64,000 nt of DNA. Origin: Botryllus schlosseri (taxonomy: Eukaryota). Position 1 is the first letter of the stretch. Each line of letters opens with the position of its first letter. A program made the translations under genes and the position numbers. Where the stretch lies: NCBI GenBank assembly GCA_051294905.1, contig CM119372.1:14138001-14202000 (forward strand), given 5' to 3'. This document shows, in pieces, positions 53,001 to 64,000 of this stretch. A model generated the notes under the pieces. That model ran no database searches. It was not told the origin of the DNA and was given only the letters and a program-made list of their open reading frames with translations.

Positions 53001-56000
53001 CTACGCTCAAGTACAGGTTAAAGAAGAGATTTCCAAGTGAGTGAATGAGCTAGTTTTTATTCCAAATTTTATCTAAAACTGAAACTGTCAAGTACCGATA
53101 AAGTAGTCTAAAACCTAGTCACTTTTTACGTGGAGGGAGTCCATAGCGAAGTACTTGTACATTTTGGAGTACTCAAGTATAGGTTTGGTCCGCTTGCGCT
53201 ATACTTAATCAAGTGATTAACTTTTTACACTGCATCTACTTCTATTTCAGAGTTTTCGGTTTTCGACCAAACTATACCTTCAATACTTACTTTTTAACTC
53301 ACTCGGAAATCATCACTTCTTATACTTTACTAGGAATTTACTGCTACTAAAATGTTGAAATGTACTTTTTCAGTGGTCCAGTGGTCTTGGTGAGCGGTGT
53401 CAGTTTCATCTATATCCTACGATGCATTTTCGCGCTGCAGAATGACTTACCGCAATAAAAATACCAAAAAATACATCGAGAATTTGCGAGCTCTCACTGT
53501 ACAATATTTGAGTTTTACGAAGTACCCTTCAAAGTGAACCTACATGTTGGATATTATTCAAAACCTAATAAAATTTCGCGTCGAGCGAGGAATCCTTTAA
53601 AATAAGACAGAAGTAGTCATTTCCTAGTAAGTAAAACATTAGTACTCCAGGTATATTTCTGCTTAATACTATAACTATCATGAAGTTGAAACACTCCAAT
53701 ATAATAAGGACTTGAGAGTATTGGGTACTCCGAAGAAGTACGAGTACTTCTTTACTTAACAACTCCGAAGGTTAGCCCAGTTTGTGGTATTTCGATTACC
53801 TGCTAATAAAATGTTGAAATCCAATGTACTTTTTTCAGGGGTCTTGATGAATTGAACCAGTTTCATCTATTTCCTATAATGCATTTCACCGTTCCGAATG
53901 ACTTGTCACCATGAAAAAATAGCAAAAATATATCGAAAATTTGCGAAGTCCTACTATGCGATATTTGAGTTTTTCAATTTACATTTCGAAATTAGCCCAG
54001 TTGAATATTAACGAAAACCTCGTAAAATTTCACTCCAAGCGTTATGGCTTTAACTCGAGCAAATACGTATTTCAAATTTTATGAGTGAAATAACTTTCCT
54101 TATGTTAAATCTACATAAGGCAGAAGAAATCGAAAAAAGTTAATGCGGAAGCCCGGGCATCGAGATAGGTTCAGCGTCACACCGCAGTCCAATAACGAGA
54201 GTGGAATAATATAGAAATCATACCGAATCATTGCGCTATCAAAGATCTCAGGAACATAAATAGTCTTAAATACACCTAATATCATGTTTGAGTACGTTAC
54301 AAGGGATAAATGTTATCGAGTCGCATTCAAGTAATTTATTAGCGATGATGCATTTATCCATGCGATACCGCAGTCTTCGTGAACATGAACATACATAGTC
54401 TGAAATACACAAAAATCGTACATAGTTGATCACGCGAAATTTACGCAAAATCTGAATGTTAGCAACGTCCTTATTTCTTGAAAGTGTACGCATTAATATT
54501 ATCAACTCGCTGTAGTCTCAAGACACATAATAGAATATCTGTGGAAAGTATCATCTAACGTATAATGAATGTTATTTATTTCTCGGAAGCAAGTAATTAT
54601 CAATACACAGTGCTAAATACACATCGCCATAGTCAAGTGCTGAGCGATGAACATAAATAGCCTCATCGCTGCCAAAGAATATAGCCTCGAGGCTGGTAAC
54701 AAAACCAGGTACCCCCACTACCTACTTGATCGATAAGTCCAAGTCAAAGTTTAAATTAGAAATCCATTAGCAGGATTGTAATGACTCGAGTCATTAGAAG
54801 ACAATACTGATATGTCCAGCTATCGAATAGTAACGTAGTCGTTTCGAAAACGTAGCATGTGCATCGGAATTGGTCGTTATGTTGAAATCCGACTGCAGCT
54901 ACTAATATGTAATAAAAATTTGATTAGCTATATTCAATGCGATATCTGATATAATTTGAGCATAATATTGATTTTGCTAAACAACCAATTATTACAAAGC
55001 CGCATAAGCTTGGATTGATATCACAGTGATATTTATACAAGTGATAAATAGTATCATATTTATCGATCAATCCTAATTTTGAAAATTTAAAAATCCGTGA
55101 AGCTCGCAGTGTCTCTGAAAAGCGTGTGTAACTGAAACAGGTTGAATAGAACTAGATTAGAATTTGACTTAGAGCTACATAGTTTTTCCAAATTAGATTG
55201 GAATTAGAACCCTCGTGTATGCACAATTGCACATCCTATCATCACACAATAATAAATTTCATTCGATAGCCTACATTTCCTTGAGACGTAATAAATCCAT
55301 ATGTTGGATTTTTGTGTTGTGGTTCTTTTAAAGATAAGATTTTTGATATGCGACTCGCGCAAGAAGCAGCTCTGCCCACTCCTGTACTATAGTAAAGAAT
55401 TAGATGTGTAGTTGAATGTATATTTTGCCAGATTTTTTGTTTTATGACTCAGCGAAAATTTGTGGTTCAGCGAAGGTTTTAAGACTAACGTAAGTGCTTT
55501 GTGGATCAGTAAAAGTTGTGAATCAATGAACCACATAAAAATAGCGTTGAGCACAATGATTTGTCATTGATTGATGATCGGGTTCAATTCGAGAGTTCAA
55601 TTGCTAATTTTGAACCCTGTAGCGCCACAGCCACCATTCGCATATTGCTAATACGCTATAAATGCATTAATATATAATCAGGTTAAACTTCTTTAACAAT
55701 ATGGCGAAACGCACATGAAATCATTGAAGTGCTACAACCGCAAATCACAGTTTGTCTGCCTCTGCTATAACTAGTAGTCTCAAGGGAATGATAACTGAAG
55801 TGAAGATGTTTCAGCTTTGCTTAATAGTTCTATGTCAATTCTGCTCAGTAATTCGAATGCGACAAGCTACAGATCATTCTGTTTAGAGATAAATTTGCAA
55901 TAAACGTACATTCCGACCACGTTATTTTTATGCTTGGGAGATATTACCGCTATTTAGGGCTATACTTTCGCTGTATGATCATATCAGGGTTGTTCAACGA

Positions 56001-59000
56001 CGTAAGCTCTAAGTAATATGAATATCATATGCTTTATGCTAAATTAATTGACGGTTTATTCAACTCTCATTAATTTAGTATTCTAGAACCATTGAAGTCT
56101 AATGGAATCACAAAATACCCGTGCTTTGCAAACAATGTAAAAAGAATAGAAGCGAAGTTAGCTCGGTTCCCTGGGGACATCTATGCCTGCCAGGAATATT
56201 CATCCAACGATTAGGTAATTAAATACGCGCGCTTATTAATGCGTCTTGAAAAGCTAGTTGACGGGAAGTGAATACCCTAGACAAGTTTGAACCTGTCTAT
56301 ATTGCAGCATATTAGAGATAGCTTGTGCAATAGCCCTAAATACAACAAAATGCGGAGAGTTGATATCGCAATAGGTATGATTCCGAGACAATTAAAATTT
56401 GTTGAGAATTAGGATTGTTTTGCATCCACCATCGATAATCGTACTGCGTATTCTATTTGAAAAGGCTCCAATAGCATAGCCAGCATCAGCATTCTGGAAA
56501 CTAGCATTAGCTTATTTTTTAATAATCATTGAAATCCTGTAGATTATATTAGTGAACGTATTTTATACAAGCGAATTATTTTCATCAACAACACAAGATA
56601 ATTGATAATTTAACAAAAAATTGATACGATATTCACAAAGCAACAATATTATTAGAATAATCAGTGATAGTGAAACAATAACAACAGAAGAAAATGGCTA
56701 ATTTAACTCAAAATCATAAGATATTCATAATATTAGTCAATTTTTTGTTAATTTTACTTTGGTTTGTGTCTCATTAATACTGTAAAATGATAGCGTTTTG
56801 TAGTGCATACGGTAAGGTACTGCGACACTATCCATCGGCAAAGAATGTATTCAGTTAATTCCCTATAGAGGCCAGCTGTTACTAATATTATCATACAAAT
56901 ACATATACATATGTTGCAAGTGGCATTCAGAGTCCATGCTGTTGTATCATATGAATTTTGAAAGTAAATTGAGAGAGACACATCATATGTTTGCACGTAC
57001 TACATAAAGAAATTAAGCTACAATATAGCGTTCGCGTTGAGTATAAGTGTGACGGTGAAGATATGGCGTCAGACATTTCACAATGGGTTAACAAACACGG
57101 TAGCTGGATCGTAACTGGTCTTATTCACAATATACATTTGAGTACACATTTAACACATTACTATAGTACAGGGTGGACAGATCTGCTTCATGCGCGACTT
57201 GCATATCAAACAATCTCATCTCATCACAAAAAATTCAAAATACGAATTTATGACGTCACAATTAAATGTTGATTATTGAATGAAGTTTAATATTGTGTAA
57301 TGATACGATGCACTGTCATGAGAGTTGCGAGGTGTTGGAATTTTGTGTTGCTCTAATTCTAATTAAACTTGGAGCTTGCTGTACAAAAGATGTTCACCGT
57401 TATAAGCTACAATGACTTCAATGAATATTGAAAAAATATTATTAATATTAATTATTATTATTCCAAAGTTAGAACCAAAGTAATATTATTTAAAAACTGG
57501 AATATTTTAAACATATTTAAATCATGTTTTGGTGCTTATAACAACGTAAGCTTAATATTTTCATCAACAACACGAAATAATTGCTAATTTCGCAATGATA
57601 ACATATTCACAACAAAACAACGCGTAGAGCTCCCTTGAGATCCTAACATACTTTCTCGACATTTACTAATCGTTCAGAACAACGCATAGAGCTCCCTTGG
57701 GATCCTGGCACATTTTCTCGATATTAGAATCCCTTTTTAGATTTGCGATGTAAAAGCAATACCAGTTTCGCATACATGAGTATATGATTGCGAATAAACC
57801 GAAAATTGTTTTATTAAAATTGAAATCATGTAGATTATAACAGTGAACGTCTTTTGTACAAACTAATTCATCAACAACACAAGATAATCGATAATTTAAC
57901 TAAAATCAATAAGATATTTACAAAGCAACAATATTATTAAAAAGATGTTCACCGTTATAAGCGACAATGATTTCGATGAATAATGAAAACAATATAATAA
58001 TTATTATTCCAAAGTTAGAACCAATGTAATAATATTTTTAAAAAATGGAATATTTAAAACATATTAAAATCATGTTTTGGTTCTCTAACAACGTGGGCTG
58101 ATTTTTTTCATCAACATGAGATACTTGCTATTTTCACGATTATTAGATATTCACAATATTAGCCAAATTTTATATTATTACTTTGTGAGATTTATTTCAA
58201 TTATTTTTAATAATCATTGAAATCATATAGATTATAACAGTGAACGTATTCAAACGAATTCATAAACAATATTATTAAAATTATTTTTAATAATCATTGA
58301 AATCATGTACCAGTTCATCGGGTCAATACGATCTATTATGACGTATATATCATTAGCAGTAATCTTTGACATATTCAATCTACAGCGTACAGCGAATAAT
58401 CATGTAATAAATATTACACGTTATATATTGCCTTGCACTTGCTTCAACTGCAATAACAAAGGCAATCAACGCAATATTGACGTAATCATATCTCAGCGTT
58501 ACTAAAGTAATCAACTAGGCATATGATGTAATCATTACTGAACATGCTTCAACTGCAATACGCAATCATAATGACGTAAATATTTCTCAGTGTTATTGGA
58601 CTGGAACTAGACGCAATCATGACGTAATCATATCTCAGCATTACTGGAACTAAACAATCACGCTCTCGAAATAACTAAAGTAATCAACTCCGCATATGAC
58701 GTAATCAATACTGTACATGCTTTAACTGCAATACGCAATCATATTGAAGGTAATCAACCTACGTATTAATGACGTAATAATATCTCAGCGTTACTGGACT
58801 GGGACTATGCCATCTCTCACACAACCAAAACCTCTCTCGTATTGGAACCACGCATATGACGTAATCATGAACATGAACAACTACACAATCATAATGACGT
58901 AAATATTTCTCAGTGTTATTGGACTGGAACTAGACGCAATCATGACGTAATCATACCTCGGCATTACTGGAACTAAGCAAAGACGCTCTCGAAATAACTA

Positions 59001-59263
59001 AAGTAATCAACTACGCATATGACGTAATCATGAACATGCTGCAATACGCAATCATATTGAAGGTAATCAACTTACGCAAGCATGACGTAATAAATATCTC
59101 AGCGTTACTGGACTGGAACTATGCCATCTCTCGCACAACCCAAACCTCTCTCGTATTGGAACCACGCCCACTTCGTTCTGCATTCTAATTGGCTAACAGA
59201 TGTCACGTGATCAAATACTCGATGACTATTGGTGGGGGTATAAATGACCCGTATACTACTACT
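44037..59263. mobile_element. 15,227-bp fully palindromic non-coding element with Polinton/Maverick-like termini
   Basis: Position i pairs with 103300-i from the termini to the centre; arms 44037-51632 and 51668-59263; termini AGTAGTAGTATACGGG / CCCGTATACTACTACT; perfect 6-bp TSD CACCTC (44031-44036, 59264-59269); mirrored short ORFs in the ORF track; no ORF over ~93 aa. Confidence 0.85.
44134..44880 (+). repeat. Subterminal tandem array (~314-bp period) built from TTACGTCA-containing subunits; mirrored at ~58420-59166
   Basis: CGTGGTTCCAATACGAG at 44134 and 44448; ten TTACGTCA octamers counted. Confidence 0.85.
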
Positions 59264-59304
59264 CACCTCCTTGGATGAAGTAATATGAATCAAGCTCTCT
59301 ACAC

Positions 59305-60802
59305 CAGCGGTTCTCAACCGGGGGTCCGCTGACCCCTAGGGGTCCGCGAAGCAATTTCAGGGGGTCCGCGAGACCTCTAAATTTTTTAAATGGTTGATAA
59401 CCTAATTTTTATTTTATTTTTTATTTTGAGAAAGCATGAGGCAGTTTCGCACCACAACTGCTAAAATCTCATGACTCATATCATCATCATAATCGTCTGA
59501 CATGAGCTATCGTTGCGTGGAAATTCATTTTCATTGCTCATTTTCCAATAACCTGCTGATACAAACATATTGCTGTTTAGAGACGTTTTGTTGGGGTTTG
59601 GGGATAAAATAAAAATATGGAGATAGTAACGTCAATAAGGGTGACGTCGTTAATGTCTGCAAAACCTTCTCGATTTGAAGTTGTCTTGTCAGTCTCATCA
59701 AATTAGTGAACATGAACAGTCGTTTGAAATGAAGATCTCCGAAATGTTTCCCTAATTTTTCCCAATGCAGGGATTGAAGCCTCGCCACGCGAAATCCATT
59801 TTATCCTGTGATATACCGCATAACCACTATTGGAACAGTTTATTGGAGTTACAGAACTTGAATATACAATTGAAAAGTATATACATATTGAAATGACAAG
59901 GCTATCGACGGCTGACACTCGTCATAAATCGGACAATGATATACCTGCTCTTAAAGCTCGGCTATTAGTCAGATTTGGCGCATTCTTATCGCGGATGCCC
60001 TATCGACAAGGCTGTTTTTTTAGGAACAAGGAGTGTTTCGTTGCTATCAAAGCATTACGCTCCAGCCCTGAAATTCATATCACCAGTTATATTGGTATGC
60101 AGCCTTGTTTTGTTAATGTTCAATTGTTCATGGTCGAAAATGTTTGCTGGTCAATATATATGTAAACCCGAACAGAACAAGTTGTTTCATAACAGGCTTT
60201 CTAAGGTTAGAAAACTTGAATCCATTCTTTGGCGAATGAAACTTGTCTATGCTTTTAGATTAGGATTTCACTTTGACGGTAGAAACTCTCTGCGGGCCGA
60301 TCAAAATGCCGTCGCGGACCGAATCCGGCCAGCGGTTCGTATGTTGCCCGTCCTTACGGTAGATGCTGGGCGTGATATGTTCATAAAATATATGTTTCCT
60401 CATTTTGGTGCCATAAATGTTGCGATTACACCAAAAGTATCATCGGAAGCGTTATGCGTTAATATTGAATTAGCCGCCATCTATATTTGTGGAAATGGTT
60501 TTTGGCACTACTCGTTCATATCAAAACGAAGACGAGGATTTCCAAGACACGACCACGTACTTCAAGAAATACATAAGCAAAATTAGCTTCGAAATAATAA
60601 AAGTCTACCAATTTCTACATAGATAGTATGATGTTATTTTCAAGAAAAATCATTTATTTTGCTGTTTCTCACAAGCCTCGAGTTCATATTTGCACAAAAC
60701 AGATGAAGGTTGCACCATAATTGAACTAAAACTTGAGGGGGTCCGCGAGGGTCCGTGACGGTCATAAGGGGTCCGCGAAGCCAAAAAGGTTGAGAACCAC
60801 TG
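59305..60802. mobile_element. hAT (Charlie-like) non-autonomous element with transposase debris
   Basis: TIRs CAGCGGTTCTCAACC / GGTTGAGAACCACTG; perfect TSD CTCTACAC; GGGGTCCGCG subterminal repeats; minus-strand remnants YHRIKWISRG (~59790) and LVLFGFTYI..QTFSTMN (~60150). Confidence 0.9.
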
Positions 60803-61882
60803 CTCTACACCTTCCGCATAGCTCCATTTGCAGCTTTTTATAGTTCATGCGAACGAATTACGATCGTTTTCACAACTACTTACTTACTTGAGTAGATTTT
60901 AAGTCAGTCAATTCTACTTCTACTTCAAGTAGTTTTAGGTTGCTTATGAAATAAGTACTTCTACTTGTACTTGAGTAGATTTTTTCATCGCTACTTCTAC
61001 TTCTACTTGAGTAGCTTTCTTGACTACTTTGACCACCTCTGGTAATAAGCTCATGATAGATCAGAGAGATTTGCTAAGACGTGTTCTTTTCCAATTCTCA
61101 AGCTTGCCTGGGCTTGATAGCAGTCCTGCTCGGCGCTCGCATAGGCATAGGCTATATAATTTTGACGTATAAGCATACAGCAATCATCTCGAAAAACTGC
61201 ACATGGATAGTGGATACATGGTAATTTGATTTCAGGATATTCTCCAATCAGAAGTTCGTTACTGGATAATCAGTCCATTCCGTGAAATTTCCAAGCATGA
61301 AATGATTAAAGAGTCATGTATATTGCAGAACCATTTTGCGCTCACGCCAAAGCTCAATATCTGTTACTATCAATCGTTCTGGATGGACAATTGGAAATAT
61401 ATAGAAAAACTCCCCATGGAGTTGGGTTGATTTTTTCCTCATTGCCCCTCCCGGTTTATATTTATTAGAAAGCACTTTCAGTGCCGTGACAAGTGTGGCA
61501 ATGCAGTTTTCAAATACACACTTGTCTTCCTGATCTATGAAGAGAAATGAACTGCCGTGGACTTGACATTCACAATTACAAATTACAAACAACGCCTTAG
61601 CTATCCACGTTCTTGATTAGGAAGTAGTTTTGTAGTATCACTGTCAAAATGTATAGGCGTGTAGCGCAACGTTGTGTTACCGACGAAGAGGCCAACATTG
61701 AGAATTGAGAAGTCGTTCAGTCATCCTGGCGACAGGTGAGGCACTGCCTCACTTGCCTCCCCTGACCCCACGTTACTGTCGCATCACACCTTACGGTGGG
61801 TAAGTACTGCTGTAATGACTATGTTTAGGAGCTTAGCTCCACCTACACCTCGGCTCCTCGCATTTAAAAAGAGCATCAAGAC

Positions 61883-63749
61883 CAGTGTTTCCCAACCGCG
61901 GCTCCAAGCTACCCTATACTTGCGGCTCTGATTTACCTCTGGATATGCCAGAAAAATATGGTAGACAGTTGTTGTTGTTGTTTGTTTCTATGAATAGTTA
62001 TAGTCAATTTCTGCATATAAATGCTAAAAATGGGGATATTAGTTATGTCTAAACTCTAAAGCCACCCAAGGCTGCTTCTGAAAACGGGGAAAGAGAATTC
62101 TTGCAGACTAGCGTCACACGCATGGATGAATACCAGTCAGATATAGGCTAGGGTTACCATATTTCTGTGACCCAAATTCCGGACACTCTTTAGCGCCCAC
62201 TAGTGGATTTCAAAATGAGTCATGAGCACATTGTCTGTCAATATGACGTCACACTAGCAAAGATTTGCTTTTTGACCAGAGGTTGTCACGATCGGGTTCA
62301 GGAGTATGTGGCTGTGTAACCGGGACCGAAACCACGTTTTTTCAGCCCCTTTCCGTCTAAACTAAATAAACAATGATTTTGGGCCCTACATAGGATAATT
62401 GATGTAACTTCATGGGGGGGAGGGGTTGCTATATGCATCTCGTCGTTAAATTTTTTAAATTAATTGTTTCAATAATATTGGTTCTTCCATATTACTATAT
62501 AGTTTGATCCTCTCTCCGCCCACATGATCAGAGTTAGCTGTAGAGCTGGTGGAGGATAATGACTTCGAAAATACAGTGAGCGTAATTGCACATCGTCAAA
62601 TCATCTTCATGTCACACCGATAAAATTGTTTATCAGCCTTATGCCGGTTCGCACCACGGAGCTTTATAAACATCTCACATCCAGTGGTTTCCAACCTTTT
62701 ATGGTCGCGACTCCATCTCAAATTTGAATATGTCCCGTGGCGCAGACGAGCTGATTACTAAAAGAAGTCAGCACATTAGCACATTTGCACAGACTAACTC
62801 ACGGGCTATTTTGGAAGCTGATTACGTTTAATATCTTCGTGGACCCCAGAATAAAGGCAAATGACCACCACGTTTGGAACCAATATCTTTGAATAAAGCA
62901 TTTGGACGGCCTTACCTATCTCTAGGATACCGTTCTTCTATAGTTGCGATTACAACCATGCAGGCTTATCTGAGTAAATGAAGGTTATTTTTATTTATAT
63001 TTTATTGTAGTCTTTGCTAGGGTGGTAGTCCCCATATTAAAACCAATAAATGTGATAGTAAATCGCGCGCAGCGCGAAGAAAAATATCTCTTATAACATA
63101 AATATTCCCAAAAATAATGTAGTTATGTTGATTTACCAAAGTTATTTGAGTCTACGTCAAGCCTTCAAAATTCCGGACATTTAGGCATATGTTAGAAATT
63201 CCGCCCGGACGCAAGTTTGAGAAGTGAAATTCCGAACATGTCCGGGAAACTCCGGACATATATGGCAACCCTAATATAGGCCTATCAATGATGTATCTTG
63301 AGTTCTGCTTGTCATAGACATTTATAGATCACCCAGCTGTGAAGAGTAAATTTCGACACAGTTCTACTGACATCAAAGTAACGGCTCATAGTCAAGTATA
63401 AATCGCAATATTACCAATATTACTCAGCGTATTAAGTGCTGGAGATGTATGAAGACTGAAGAGCTATCACATAACAACACTTGACATAATGATATGCATT
63501 TTCAGTTTATTTCAATGTATAGCACTCGCCAATCTGCGTCTATCAATGCTAAACTACCCGATATAGATCCTGTAGAAGTCTATGTTCATTGTGCATGCTT
63601 TTGAATTAGCTGGATGGTGAAATCCATGTGTCTAGCTACCTTTAAATTTTCGGTATACGTATAGCCTACTCGAGTGATTTCATGCGGCTCCATACGTAAT
63701 CTGAAGTTTGAAATGCGGCTCCGACATTCAAAAAGGTTGGGAACCACTG
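61883..63749. mobile_element. hAT (Charlie-like) non-autonomous element
   Basis: TIRs CAGTGTTTCCCAACC / GGTTGGGAACCACTG; perfect TSD ATCAAGAC; GCGGCTC subterminal repeats. Confidence 0.88.
62149..63273. mobile_element. hAT-like element nested in 61883-63749
   Basis: Ends TAGGGTTACCATAT / ATATGGCAACCCTA; perfect TSD ATATAGGC; TCCGGAC repeats. Confidence 0.88.
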
Positions 63750-64000
63750 ATCAAGACGAACCTGGTCTCGTATAACTGTCGAAAGTCTCAAATTTTGTAT
63801 GAACCTTAACCTCAACAATTATCAACCAGACTAAAAAAACATCAGGAATACCATGCAACATCAAAAGACGTAACAACTGTAAAAAGCGTGTAAATAGAAG
63901 ATTCATACTTTTACTGTTGTCTACATCTGTTGGACATCTAAATGATAATTCTGTTAAACTTCGAAAACTATCAGATGCCTCCCACCGTAATTCAATTAAA

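Larger units (their letters stand above)
43050..61041. mobile_element. Second copy of the 295-1548 family, interrupted by the giant palindrome and a hAT element
   Basis: TIRs CAGAGGTGGTCA / TGACCACCTCTG; flanks ATTATAAG / GTAATAAG (6/8); 43050-44036, 59270-59304 and 60811-61041 align in order to 295-1548. Confidence 0.85.

Noticed and set aside
44795..58505. Mirrored short ORFs (61-93 aa) as duplicated genes
   Set aside because: No recognisable motifs; AT-rich chance ORFs duplicated by the palindrome.
44037..59263. Giant palindrome as a pure sequencing or assembly fold-back artefact
   Set aside because: It has distinct unique flanks, a perfect 6-bp TSD, a host MITE that resumes correctly, an asymmetric spacer and at least nine arm differences. 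Artefactual homogenisation of the inner arms cannot be excluded without reads.
59975..60586. 203-aa plus-strand ORF
   Set aside because: Lies inside a hAT element; the recognisable transposase debris is on the opposite strand.
61050..61600. Coding-like minus-strand stretch
   Set aside because: Frames are broken and I could not assign any protein family.

Overview
AT-rich animal genomic DNA. Short introns and frequent TGACGTCA-type motifs suggest a marine invertebrate such as a tunicate, but this is an inference. The window holds one host gene, a 7-exon BPNT1 (30411-36552, +, about 305 aa), and one full-length L1/Tx1-type LINE (13345-18547) whose ORFs are intact but whose RT motif A Asp is replaced by Tyr. 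It also carries many nested non-autonomous DNA transposons, mostly hAT-like with 8-bp TSDs. The most unusual object is a 15,227-bp non-coding element (44037-59263) that is one giant palindrome: two 7.6-kb arms around a ~35-bp spacer. It has AGTAGTAGT...ACTACTACT termini and a perfect 6-bp TSD (CACCTC), the signature of Polinton/Maverick ends. It interrupts a MITE for which an uninterrupted paralog exists at 295-1548. I interpret it as a candidate integrated snap-back (defective, satellite-like) Polinton genome.
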